DNA of 36,759 bases. It comes from a virus. Its lineage: Duplodnaviria > Caudoviricetes. Under the pieces are notes generated by a model. That model searched no databases and was not told the DNA's origin. It saw only the letters and a list, made by a program, of their open reading frames with translations. Positions within the stretch are counted from its first letter, which is position 1. The number at the start of each line of letters is the position of its first letter. The position numbers and the translations under genes were made by a program. Location: the IMG/VR virus record IMGVR_UViG_3300010366_000028, positions 1 to 36,759 of that record. One strand, given 5' to 3'. Positions 27,477-35,558 of this stretch are shown piece after piece.

Positions 27477-27907
27477 TGTCTTCTACTGATGGGCGTTACC
27501 TACTTCGTGGCGGGGGGATCCAATCCCCCTACCTCACCACGACCGAGGCGGCGGCCTATCTCCGATACCAATCAGGGGCGGCGATCCGCCAGGCGAAGGC
27601 TCGCGGGCTTCTCAGGCCCGTCGGGCGACGCGGTCACACGGACCTCTACCTGGTGTCGGACTTGGATCTGTACGCAACCAACGGAGGACACCATGGCGAA
27701 GCGTCAGCGCAACAAGAGCAACAAGGTCGGCAAGAACATCTGGAAGGTCCACGGAGGCTTCATCGTTCGGGCGACGGTCAAGAACCCAAACCGTCGCTGG
27801 CCGCTCGATACGGAACGGTTCGTGGCCACCACCTCGAAGAAGGAGGCGATCGCGGCGCAACGAAACCTGCGGGACGAATTAAGCCATACCGTCCGCGGCG
27901 ACGTTGA
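27476..27907 (+). CDS. Excisionase/MerR-like HTH protein (Xis-like)
   Basis: [14 protein letters not shown]...AIRQ...RGLL.P.GRRG...LY...DLD. Its 3' end overlaps the integrase. Confidence 0.75.
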   Translation: MSSTDGRYLLRGGGIQSPYLTTTEAAAYLRYQSGAAIRQAKARGLLRPVGRRGHTDLYLVSDLDLYATNGGHHGEASAQQEQQGRQEHLEGPRRLHRSGDGQEPKPSLAARYGTVRGHHLEEGGDRGATKPAGRIKPYRPRRR

Positions 27908-28991
27908 TCAGGGACTCAATATCCTGTTTAGGACTTTTTGCGCAACGAGGATCGAGCGACGCGTTGCCACTGGTGACATCAGCTCCAACGCCACCCTGAA
28001 AAAGGTTAACGCCCAGCTGAAACACGTTTTGTCAATATGGGGAGATTTTTATTTGGACAGGGTCTCGCGCGACGCGGTAGAGAGTTGGTATGCCGAGCTG
28101 TGCCGGATCGCCCGCGGCGAGCAGTACAAGGGGCGCAAGTACAGCCCCTGGACGGTGCGCGGGTGGTGGGCCGCGTTTCGGGCGGTCATGACCCAGTACG
28201 CGCAGACCTACGGGCGGATCGATCCGGCGCAGGGGATGGACAACATCTCGCTCGACGGACACGTGACCTACACGCTGGCGGAGTCCTGCAGCCTGACGCT
28301 CGACGAGATCCCCTCGTTCATGAGGGCGACCAGGAAGATCGCGCCTGACCACCTGGCGCGCTTCTCGTTCGGCATGTTGACCAGCCGCCGATCTGCCGAG
28401 CTGCGGCCCCTGCGCCGCCGCGGGCCGGACGCCGACATCAACTGGGAGACGGGCGTCATCTTGATCCGGCGCTCGCACACCATCGGCGAGCCCAAGCGCG
28501 GCACCAAGACTGGCGAGACCTTCTCGATCGGCCTGCCGCGGTGCCTGCTGGACGTCCTGCGCGAGCATGCCGACAGGCTGGACCGGGAAGGGGACACCAG
28601 CGATCTGCTGTTCCCAGGGCGAGGGGGCCGCTATGAGAGCGACAAGGCCCTCGACCAGGTCCTGCCGGAGATCTGCAAGGAGGCTGGCATTTCCAAGAAG
28701 CTGACCAGCAAGTTCATGCGGCGCACGTTCCACGACCTCATGCGCGCCGCCGGGATCTCGGACCTGCTGGTCAAGTCCATGGGCGGTCACTCGATCGTCC
28801 ACATCCCTGGTGCCACCCGCAAGACGCTGGCGGCGCTGTACAGCACGATCAAGCCCGCCGAGCAGGCGGCGGCCATCGAGAAGATGGCGCGCCTGTGCGG
28901 CGTGTTCGATGGCGACGGACCCACGCTGGTCCGGGGCGTTTCCGCCCAGCCCGAGGTCGCGTTTGATTGCGACCTCAAAGAGGCGGCATAG
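27693..28991 (+). CDS. int: Tyrosine recombinase/integrase, 432 aa
   Basis: GGAGG RBS; [12 protein letters not shown] (R), TKTG (K), KFMRRTF (H-x-x-R variant), MGGHS (H) and the catalytic Y in ALYS. Confidence 0.88.
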   Translation: MAKRQRNKSNKVGKNIWKVHGGFIVRATVKNPNRRWPLDTERFVATTSKKEAIAAQRNLRDELSHTVRGDVDQGLNILFRTFCATRIERRVATGDISSNATLKKVNAQLKHVLSIWGDFYLDRVSRDAVESWYAELCRIARGEQYKGRKYSPWTVRGWWAAFRAVMTQYAQTYGRIDPAQGMDNISLDGHVTYTLAESCSLTLDEIPSFMRATRKIAPDHLARFSFGMLTSRRSAELRPLRRRGPDADINWETGVILIRRSHTIGEPKRGTKTGETFSIGLPRCLLDVLREHADRLDREGDTSDLLFPGRGGRYESDKALDQVLPEICKEAGISKKLTSKFMRRTFHDLMRAAGISDLLVKSMGGHSIVHIPGATRKTLAALYSTIKPAEQAAAIEKMARLCGVFDGDGPTLVRGVSAQPEVAFDCDLKEAA

Positions 28992-29024
28992 AGGGGCCCC
29001 ATGGGGGCCTAGGAGGATAGCGGC

Positions 29025-30089
29025 ATGGCTGCACCGGCGTTGCAGAACGGAGCGAATCAAGGCGGGCTTGCCAGCAAAGGCCTGGCGACGCTGGGCGCGA
29101 AGACCTGGGGCGACGCCCTGCGGTTCATTCGCGTCGAGCGCGGTTTCAGCTACAAGGACGTGGCCAACAGCGTCTGCCGGGATCGTCCCAACGATCCTCG
29201 CAACTGGGAGATGGGCGTCAAGGTGCCGGACAAGTACGACCTGCGCCGCCTCTACAACGCGTTGCCGAAGCTCCGACACGCGGTCCATCTGCTCCCCTCC
29301 CACCTCCGCGAGGACATCCCCCCTCCGACGGCGGACGCACCACAAGCAGCTCCCTCGGTGTCTCCGTCGCCGGAGGGGCCTCCGGGCTCTCCGGCGGAGG
29401 TTGCCACGGCCATGCCCGCGTCCGCGCCCGCCCCGACCACCGTGGCCCCGGAACCTACGATGGTGATCTCCACGGTCCCGGACCCGCTGCCGCCGCAGTG
29501 GAAGACGTTCGGGGAGGCGCTGGAGGCGCTGATCCGGCGCGAGAAGATGACCCAGAGCGACTTCGCCACGACCTCGGGCCTCGGGCAGAGCACCATCTCG
29601 GCGTACGTGCGCGGCTACCGCATCCTCAACGACAAGAAGCACCCCGTGGGGATGAGCCATCTTGTATACGAGCGGCTGCTGGCGCTGTTGCCGGACCTCA
29701 AGTACGCCCCGCGCCCGCGGGTCTCCTCGAAGGCGTTCCAGCAGATCCCGGGCCGCCAGACCGAGGGGAACAAGATCCCTGCCAAGCCGCTGGTCCCGGC
29801 GGCCCCGAAGGGCGCTGTGGCGCGCCCGCCGGAGGACGACGTCGCTGTCCGAGAGCGACGCCCCCTCCCTCCCATGCCCGAGACGCTGCGTAAGCCCGCC
29901 CCGGTCGTCGCGCCTGCGACCATGGTGGATAAGGCCAAGGCGATCGGTGAAGCCGCTGCCGCATGGGGCGTGGCCATCGTCAACGTGGAGCGGCTGCGCG
30001 CCGAGCTGGCGTCGGCCGAGGCGGAGGTCGTAACGACCTATGAGCGAGTCCAACGACTCGTCAAACCAGGGCCGGGTTCGGGCAGCTAA
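29025..30089 (+). CDS. Protein with two XRE-family HTH domains, 354 aa
   Basis: WGDALRFIRVERGFSYKDVA...RNWEMG and FGEALEALIRREKMTQSDFA...GQSTISAYVRG. Confidence 0.75.
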   Translation: MAAPALQNGANQGGLASKGLATLGAKTWGDALRFIRVERGFSYKDVANSVCRDRPNDPRNWEMGVKVPDKYDLRRLYNALPKLRHAVHLLPSHLREDIPPPTADAPQAAPSVSPSPEGPPGSPAEVATAMPASAPAPTTVAPEPTMVISTVPDPLPPQWKTFGEALEALIRREKMTQSDFATTSGLGQSTISAYVRGYRILNDKKHPVGMSHLVYERLLALLPDLKYAPRPRVSSKAFQQIPGRQTEGNKIPAKPLVPAAPKGAVARPPEDDVAVRERRPLPPMPETLRKPAPVVAPATMVDKAKAIGEAAAAWGVAIVNVERLRAELASAEAEVVTTYERVQRLVKPGPGSGS

Positions 30090-30291
30090 GATCCGAGAGC
30101 TCGTCTCGCAGCAGCTCCGATTCGCGCGGCACCAGATCGGATTGACACAAGCACAGCTCGCGGCGATCGCGGGCATCAAGCAGACACTGGTCTCCAAAAT
30201 GGAGCGAGGGCAGTGCCTTACGATCCTCAACCTGACGATCGTGGCTCAGGCGCTAGACGTCCCGATGGCGCGGTTGTTCACGGACCTGTAA
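30040..30291 (+). CDS. XRE-family (Cro/C-protein-like) HTH regulator, 83 aa
   Basis: LRFARHQIGLTQAQLAAIAGIKQTLVSKMERG...L..VAQALDV. Confidence 0.88.
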   Translation: MSESNDSSNQGRVRAAKIRELVSQQLRFARHQIGLTQAQLAAIAGIKQTLVSKMERGQCLTILNLTIVAQALDVPMARLFTDL

Positions 30292-30357
30292 ACGCCGAAG
30301 CACATTAGTTGGTAACCCGGGCGGAGGGAACCTTCGGCAGAAAGTGACTATTTCGAA

Positions 30358-30708
30358 ATGAGGTGGGCGCTGGTTGGCTCACGCGAGTATCGGGATCTGC
30401 AGGCGGTGCGCGAAGTGGTGCGGCTATTCCCCGCGCGTGGGACGGTGATCGTCTCCGGGGGAGCGCGGGGGGTAGATCAGGCGGCGGCGGAGGAGGCCAA
30501 GAAGTTAGGACTGCCGGTCGTCGAGTACCTGCCGGATTGGCATCGCCATGGGCGGGCGGCAGGGATGATCCGCAACAGGCAGATCGTCGCCAACGCCGAC
30601 GCCGTGATCGCGTTCTGGGATGGGCAAAGCAGAGGCACGCGGCACACCGTTGAGTTGGCTAACAAGGTTGGGATCCCGGTGTACCTGTTCAAGGGGAGGC
30701 GGAAATGA
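30358..30708 (+). CDS. SLOG-superfamily (DUF2493/YspA-like) protein, 116 aa
   Basis: VGSR, IVSGGARGVD, DW..HGRAAG.IRN..IV, IAFWDGQSRGT. Confidence 0.85.
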   Translation: MRWALVGSREYRDLQAVREVVRLFPARGTVIVSGGARGVDQAAAEEAKKLGLPVVEYLPDWHRHGRAAGMIRNRQIVANADAVIAFWDGQSRGTRHTVELANKVGIPVYLFKGRRK

Positions 30709-30992
30709 AGTTGGAGTCGCGAACCGAACACGCAGCGGCGCTCGATTGGATGCAGTGGGTGATGAAGGAGCATGGGCCCCGCATGCCGGAGCCCGTGGGC
30801 GCGTGGTTCAACCATGTGGCGCGGATGGTCGACCAGTATGAGCGGGTCCATTACCCGATCGCCGCGCCCGAGGCTGGCGATCCGTGCTTCGACTGTGGCC
30901 ACGTCCACGAGGGGCCGGAGACCGCCTCGCCCTACGAGGAGATGCCGCCGGGCAAGGCGTGCATCAAGTGCGCGTGCAAGGTGCGGACGTGA
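30705..30992 (+). CDS. HigA N-terminal-domain-like protein with C-terminal Cys/His cluster, 95 aa
   Basis: LESRTEHAAALDWM...VARMVDQYERVHYPI, then CFDCGH.H...C..C.C. Confidence 0.55.
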   Translation: MKLESRTEHAAALDWMQWVMKEHGPRMPEPVGAWFNHVARMVDQYERVHYPIAAPEAGDPCFDCGHVHEGPETASPYEEMPPGKACIKCACKVRT

Positions 30993-31195
30993 CCTTCACC
31001 TTCCACGTCTGGGAGCCCGTCCTGTGGTGCTGGGCTGCGTTTGCGGCTGGGTATCACCTTCGCGGGCGTCTCGATGTGTGGCGCATCGAGCGGTGGTTGA
31101 AGGAGCTGCCGCCCGAGAAGCGTGGGCTCGTATCGCAATTTTTGGAGGAGGTAGTGAATGCCAAGAAGCAGCGTGACCGGCCGCGACCCAACTAG
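30989..31195 (+). CDS. Hypothetical protein with hydrophobic N-terminus, 68 aa
   Basis: GTGA-coupled ORF. Confidence 0.5.
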   Translation: MTFTFHVWEPVLWCWAAFAAGYHLRGRLDVWRIERWLKELPPEKRGLVSQFLEEVVNAKKQRDRPRPN

Positions 31196-31327
31196 GGAGC
31201 GGCCGTGTCCGCGGTGCGGGAAGCCCGTGCCGTATTGGAAGGTGGGCGGGTTCACCGTCCAGAGTCGCCACAAGAACCCCGAAACGAAACGCTGGTGCGT
31301 GCGGAAAGATCCGCGGAAGGATCCGCC

Positions 31328-31648
31328 ATGAGTGACCACGAGAGACACGCGGTGCTGTTGCCGACGGCCTGGGGCGAGGACACGCCCCGGATCGTGCGGA
31401 CGTCCTGGCGCGTGCCCTGCGCCAGCTGCGGGCAGCCCTGCTTCATGTCGACGGGCGGCGCGCGGTACGCCAACGGTTACCAGCCCCAGTGTATCCCCTG
31501 CTTCGAGAAGGCCATCGGCCCGGACCGCGCGCGGTTCGCGATCCGGCAGGCCATGCAGACTTACTACCAGGCCCACGACGCGGGCTGCTGCCCGGCCGGG
31601 ATCTGCCCGGTGATCGGCTGCCACAATGGCCCGGCGGAGATCAATTAG
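31328..31648 (+). CDS. Hypothetical Zn-binding protein, 106 aa
   Basis: CASCG...CIPC; GAAGGA RBS. Confidence 0.55.
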   Translation: MSDHERHAVLLPTAWGEDTPRIVRTSWRVPCASCGQPCFMSTGGARYANGYQPQCIPCFEKAIGPDRARFAIRQAMQTYYQAHDAGCCPAGICPVIGCHNGPAEIN

Positions 31649-31649
31649 C

Positions 31650-31991
31650 GTGTGGCGCTACCAGCTAGTGCGACGGGTGTACAAGAAGGGGACGCCACAG
31701 GAGGAGGCGATCGTCTCGGTCCATGAGGTCTTCTTCCCGTCGCCGGACACCGAGATCCCGGACTCGATCACCGAGACGCCCATCAGTGCCAGCGGCGACA
31801 GCGTGGTCGAGGTGGCTGGCATCCTGCGGATGATGGCCAAGGCGCCTGACTATCCTCTGCTCAACTGGGATGGGTTCGGGATCGGCTCGCGGGAGCCGAA
31901 GTTCGCCTTTTACTGCGATCGGTGCCCTGGCGAGTACCTCGCGGAGCTCCCGATCCTGAAATGCCCGGTGGGCCATGGCGATGACGTGTAA
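31650..31991 (+). CDS. Conserved phage hypothetical protein
   Basis: WRYQ...VHEVFF...TE.P...GDSV.E....L.MM.KA pattern. Confidence 0.6.
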   Translation: MWRYQLVRRVYKKGTPQEEAIVSVHEVFFPSPDTEIPDSITETPISASGDSVVEVAGILRMMAKAPDYPLLNWDGFGIGSREPKFAFYCDRCPGEYLAELPILKCPVGHGDDV

Positions 31992-32202
31992 GGCAGAGGG
32001 CTGCAGCGCCGCCAGGCGGCCCGAGAACATCCTGTGCAGGCGCCACTGGTTCATGTTGCCGTACGGGCTGCGGCGGCGGATCTCGCAGCGCGAGTCGCTG
32101 TCGGACGTGAAGAGGCTGGAGACGATGGCGATCAAGATGATCTGGGACCTCGAAAACTCGGTGGTGCTGAGGTGGTCAGGGACGATCGGAGGCGGTTCAT
32201 GA
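31981..32202 (+). CDS. Conserved phage hypothetical protein
   Basis: C....C.......LC..HW..LP..LR..I pattern. Confidence 0.6.
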   Translation: MTCKAEGCSAARRPENILCRRHWFMLPYGLRRRISQRESLSDVKRLETMAIKMIWDLENSVVLRWSGTIGGGS

Positions 32203-32435
32203 ACGCGCCTGAAAACGAGCTGCCCATCTGGGTCATCTTCCACAACCCCACCGACTACCCCGGCAAGTACGTGGTGCGCGTCCAGCGGGCTGGGCCTGGG
32301 ACCCTGACCAACGACCCCATGCCCAGGGCGGTGGTCAACACGCTGGAGGCGGCGCGCGCGGCGATCCCCTCCTGGTGCGTGTGCCTGGGCCGCAAGCTGG
32401 ACGATGTGCCGCAGATCGTGGAGGTATGGTTGTGA
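32199..32435 (+). CDS. Conserved phage hypothetical protein, 78 aa
   Basis: WVIF..PTDYPGKYVVR...TLEAAR.AIP...R...D...IVEVW; GGAGG RBS. Confidence 0.7.
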   Translation: MNAPENELPIWVIFHNPTDYPGKYVVRVQRAGPGTLTNDPMPRAVVNTLEAARAAIPSWCVCLGRKLDDVPQIVEVWL

Positions 32436-32438
32436 CCG

Positions 32439-32522
32439 ATGAAACGCCTCGGCCCCTGGATCCTGGCCCTCGCGGCCGTCCTGTTCCTGTTGGGCTCGGT
32501 CTACTTCTGGAGCCAGCGGTGA
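32439..32522 (+). CDS. Tiny membrane peptide, 27 aa
   Basis: MKRLGPWILALAAVLFLLGSVYFWSQR; its stop overlaps the next GTG. Confidence 0.45.
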   Translation: MKRLGPWILALAAVLFLLGSVYFWSQR

Positions 32523-32725
32523 CCACCCCGAAGTGGTTCAGCTGGGCCCAGACGATCGGCTCATCGACCAGCGCCTACGCGTACGCCAGCTGGTACGCCC
32601 CCCAGCCATGGCCGCCGCCCGTGCGCGCCACAGCTAACCCCTACGCGGCGGACCCCGACGCCAGGCACCTTGCCCGCATGAAGCGAGACCTCGCGGCACC
32701 GTGGCCCCCACGGAGGCCCACGTGA
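32519..32725 (+). CDS. Hypothetical protein, 68 aa
   Basis: GTGA-coupled on both sides. Confidence 0.45.
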   Translation: MTTPKWFSWAQTIGSSTSAYAYASWYAPQPWPPPVRATANPYAADPDARHLARMKRDLAAPWPPRRPT

Positions 32726-32799
32726 GGCCTGTGCTGGCCATCGTCCTGGCCCTGGTGCGCGTTCTGGGTGCGGCGTTTACCTACATGATCCGGAGGTGA
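32722..32799 (+). CDS. Tiny hydrophobic peptide, 25 aa
   Basis: GGAGG RBS; MRPVLAIVLALVRVLGAAFTYMIRR. Confidence 0.45.
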   Translation: MRPVLAIVLALVRVLGAAFTYMIRR

Positions 32800-32802
32800 T
32801 GC

Positions 32803-33051
32803 GTGCGATACAGATTCCAAAAGAGCTGGTGCTCTGCCTGCAAGCTGATGCAGTACCCCGGCGAATGCGGCCACCCGTACCTGGTCGCGCCCGACGTGAG
32901 CCCGCGGCGCGTCCGGTTTGGCCTGACCCCGAGCGACGGGGCCGGGATCAAGGCGGCGGCGCTCGCCGAGCTGGTAAAACAGATCGATGGGGGAAGACCT
33001 GGGGACGCGGGCTCGCAGAAACCGCTATTCAAGCCACTTCCGCGGCGTTAG
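32803..33051 (+). CDS. Hypothetical protein, 82 aa
   Basis: GGAGG RBS 6 nt upstream; WCSAC...CGH. Confidence 0.5.
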   Translation: MRYRFQKSWCSACKLMQYPGECGHPYLVAPDVSPRRVRFGLTPSDGAGIKAAALAELVKQIDGGRPGDAGSQKPLFKPLPRR

Positions 33052-33196
33052 AGGATGCGCGGCGGAACCCTCACAGGGTTCCCTAACTCCGCGCACCCCG
33101 CCCTAAGTCCGCGGCGCGTGCGGAGATGCGCGTCACCCGCCACCACCGACCGTATGGGGTCGTAACAACGTTTGTGGGGTTTTTCGTGGGGGCAAC

Positions 33197-33415
33197 ATGG
33201 GCGACATCGAGGACCTGACCAAGTACCGGGCCGCGCAGGTGGCTGCCGTTAGGCGCCTGGTTGAGGAGCTGCGGCAAATAGTCAGCAACGGGATAGTCAT
33301 TTCCTGCGTTTGCCACCATGGGCAAGAATACCATTCTCGGGTCGGGTGCTTAATTGTTGGTTGCGGTTGCCCTGCCGAAACTTCCCACTTGATCGCCCCA
33401 TGTCCTCCGGGGTAA
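33197..33415 (+). CDS. Hypothetical Cys/His-rich protein, 72 aa
   Basis: GDIEDLTKYR; CVCHH...H...C...C.C. Confidence 0.55.
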   Translation: MGDIEDLTKYRAAQVAAVRRLVEELRQIVSNGIVISCVCHHGQEYHSRVGCLIVGCGCPAETSHLIAPCPPG

Positions 33416-33496
33416 GCCCGATCGCAAGGGGAGCGGTGGCCCCGGGCGACTTGGCGGGGCCAGCTTCCCGAACTTCAAACCGGAGGCTGGAATAGC

Positions 33497-33793
33497 GTGA
33501 TCGACAACGACGACCTACGAGTGGCCGAGCTTGAGGTGCTAGCCGAGCTTGGGACGGCTGACGCCAATAGGATACTGGAACAGCTGCCGGTCCGGCTTAA
33601 GGCGGACCGTGCGCGCGTAGGCGCGGATCTGCAGCGCCTGGAAAAGAAGGGCCTGGTCGCCCGCGTCGCGGGCTTCACCCTCACGCAGACGGGCCGCGAA
33701 CTTCTGACCGCCATCGCGACCATCAAATCGTCATTCCCGGGCCAGGGCCGCGTGGCACAGCCCCACGCCAACGGCGTCGCCAAAGAAGAGTAG
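33497..33793 (+). CDS. Winged-helix DNA-binding protein, 98 aa
   Basis: ELEVLAEL...LQRLEKKGLV......FTLTQTGRELL; GGAGG RBS. Confidence 0.7.
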   Translation: MIDNDDLRVAELEVLAELGTADANRILEQLPVRLKADRARVGADLQRLEKKGLVARVAGFTLTQTGRELLTAIATIKSSFPGQGRVAQPHANGVAKEE

Positions 33794-33803
33794 CCTCTAG
33801 TCC

Positions 33804-33876
33804 GCCGCCATGGCCCAACGGTAGGGCGACGGTTTTTCTAGCCCGGAGTGTGCCGGTTCGAGTCCGGCTGGCGGCT
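33804..33876 (+). tRNA. tRNA-like gene 1 (aberrant anticodon arm, inner segment TTTTTCTAGC)
   Basis: GCCGCCA/TGGCGGC acceptor, GCCC/GGGC D-stem, GCCGG-TTCGAGT-CCGGC T-arm, U73. Confidence 0.8.
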
Positions 33877-33883
33877 CCTTGCC

Positions 33884-33959
33884 CCCCCCGTGGCCTAATG
33901 GCAAAGGCGACGGTGTTTAGATCCGGAGTATGGGGGTTCGAATCCCCTCGGGGGGACCA
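33884..33959 (+). tRNA. tRNA-like gene 2, anticodon TTA in canonical register (ochre-suppressor-like), encoded CCA
   Basis: CCCCCCG/CGGGGGG acceptor, GCCT/AGGC D-stem, ACGGT-GTTTAGA-TCCGG anticodon arm, GGGGG-TTCGAAT-CCCCT T-arm, ACCA end. Confidence 0.8.
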
Positions 33960-33979
33960 GTAGTCTAGAAATGACTTAG

Positions 33980-34055
33980 GCCACCATGGCTCAGGGGTTA
34001 GAGCGACGGCACGTCAAGCAGCCGGAGTGGATGGGTTCGAGTCCCATTGGTGGCT
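33980..34055 (+). tRNA. tRNA-like gene 3 (10-nt loop ACGTCAAGCA)
   Basis: GCCACCA/TGGTGGC acceptor, GCTC/GAGC D-stem, ATGGG-TTCGAGT-CCCAT T-arm, U73. Confidence 0.8.
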
Positions 34056-34061
34056 CCGTTT

Positions 34062-34133
34062 CCCTCCGTGGCTTAACGGCAAAGCGACGGCAACCTAGGC
34101 CGGAGTATGGGGGTTCGATTCCTCCCGGAGGGA
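34062..34133 (+). tRNA. tRNA-like gene 4 (loop AACCTAG, no U33)
   Basis: CCCTCCG/CGGAGGG acceptor, GCTT/AAGC D-stem, GGGGG-TTCGATT-CCTCC T-arm, A73. Confidence 0.8.
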
Positions 34134-34139
34134 CAGGCT

Positions 34140-35555
34140 TTAGGCGCTCAGCGTGCAGCGGGCGAAGGCGTTGGCGGAGAGCTGCGTGCAGCCGGTGGCG
34201 TTGGGGTGGGTCCCATCCGAGGTCAGGATCCCGGTCGTCACGTTCGAGCCGTTGTTGGCGATTTCGTAAGCCTGTTGCATCGCTCGCTGGTTGATGAAGC
34301 AGGCCCCGGTCTCCATGGCCACCCAGTTGACCGCGTTGGCCACGGCCTGGATCAGGCGCCCGACGGCATCGGGCATGTTCTCCTTCACACACGTGGGGCC
34401 GACGAAGGCCAGCTTGTTCGCGGCGCGTCCGCTGCCGGTCCATTTGGTCACCATCGAGCGGCAGGCGGCGACGGTGTCCGGGATCTCGGTGTGGAGGGTG
34501 GTGTCGTTGATCCCCCCCTCGATGAAACAGGCTTGCGGGTTCAGCGCCAGCACGTCCGCGTTGAAGCGCGCGTCCATCTGGGGGAGCGTGTTTCCCGAGA
34601 CGCCCTTGTTGCTGGTCGTGATCGCGCTGCCACCCAGGCCCGAAAGGCCCGAGTTGATCGAGGTGATCAGCGGGTTCATCCATGGCGTGGGGCCCGGGAT
34701 GCCTGCCGTGATCGAGTCCCCGATAAACACGACCAGATCGGCGCCCTTGATCAGGATGTTGACCGTGGGCTGGGGGCCCCAGTACGGGTTACGGAGGAGG
34801 TTCGTGCACGGAAACTGGCATTGCCAGATCTCGGTTAGGAAGTCGTAAACCTGCTGATTGGTCGGATAGGGCGAGGCCCATTCGAATCCGCCCACCACCT
34901 GGCCGTTGAGGAATTCGCCGGGGCTGAAATTCCCGCCGAGCAAGAGCCCCGTGTACGAGCTGGCCCCCGCGTTGCCGGTGACCACGTAGCCGCCGCTAGT
35001 CGAATAGGGCTGGGTTACGTTCATGTCCACGCGGGACGTGGCGCCGTTGAATTCGGCGTAGAGCGTGTTCCACTTGCCCGCCGTGGGGCCGATGCCGTTG
35101 GCTCCGCCCGAGCTGATGAACGTGCTGCCCGCCATCCCGAGCCACGGCGGAACCGAGCTATTTAGATTGAGGAGGGTCCGATTCGTTCCGGGCGTGCCAT
35201 CGGTAAACGTGTGGTTCGCGCCGTCGGCGGTGTTCTGCTTGACGATCATCAGCCGCATGTATGGCTGCGACAGGCTGCCCTTCGTGAACAGCAGCCGGCG
35301 GTCGCCGCCAGCGCTGAAGTCGATGCTGTAGCCGCCCGAGGCGGCCTGGGCGAGCGTGGGGCCGGTGCCGCTCGGAAGCGTGGCAGCCTCTCCTGCGCCA
35401 GCTTTGTTGCGGACCACGCCCGTGGGGATGGCGCCGCTGACAGTGAGCGTGGAGTTGCGCTGGCGATCGTAATCGAACGGATCCAGCCACCAGGTCAGCG
35501 ACGCCTGGTTGGGGATCCGGAGGTGAAACGTGTTCGGGCGGCCGAAAGCTGGCAT
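34140..35555 (-). CDS. Lectin-like (LamG) + SGNH/GDSL hydrolase, putative receptor-binding esterase, 471 aa
   Basis: SGNH blocks VFIGDSIT, NKGVSG, GGIND and DGTHP; N-terminal WWLD...NKAG beta-sandwich. Confidence 0.85.
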   Translation of the reverse strand: MPAFGRPNTFHLRIPNQASLTWWLDPFDYDRQRNSTLTVSGAIPTGVVRNKAGAGEAATLPSGTGPTLAQAASGGYSIDFSAGGDRRLLFTKGSLSQPYMRLMIVKQNTADGANHTFTDGTPGTNRTLLNLNSSVPPWLGMAGSTFISSGGANGIGPTAGKWNTLYAEFNGATSRVDMNVTQPYSTSGGYVVTGNAGASSYTGLLLGGNFSPGEFLNGQVVGGFEWASPYPTNQQVYDFLTEIWQCQFPCTNLLRNPYWGPQPTVNILIKGADLVVFIGDSITAGIPGPTPWMNPLITSINSGLSGLGGSAITTSNKGVSGNTLPQMDARFNADVLALNPQACFIEGGINDTTLHTEIPDTVAACRSMVTKWTGSGRAANKLAFVGPTCVKENMPDAVGRLIQAVANAVNWVAMETGACFINQRAMQQAYEIANNGSNVTTGILTSDGTHPNATGCTQLSANAFARCTLSA

Positions 35556-35558
35556 GGC

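Noticed and set aside
28032-30230. 732-aa minus-strand ORF
   Set aside because: Antisense shadow of int and the XRE genes, Arg-rich with no recognisable domain.
33804-34133. CRISPR-like repeat-spacer interpretation of the conserved/variable pattern
   Set aside because: The units fold as tRNA cloverleaves, the variable parts are only 9-12 nt, and there are no cas genes.
35235-35244. 10-nt complementarity (CTGCTTGACG) to the loop of tRNA-like gene 3
   Set aside because: A single short match, on the strand opposite the SGNH mRNA, within chance expectation.
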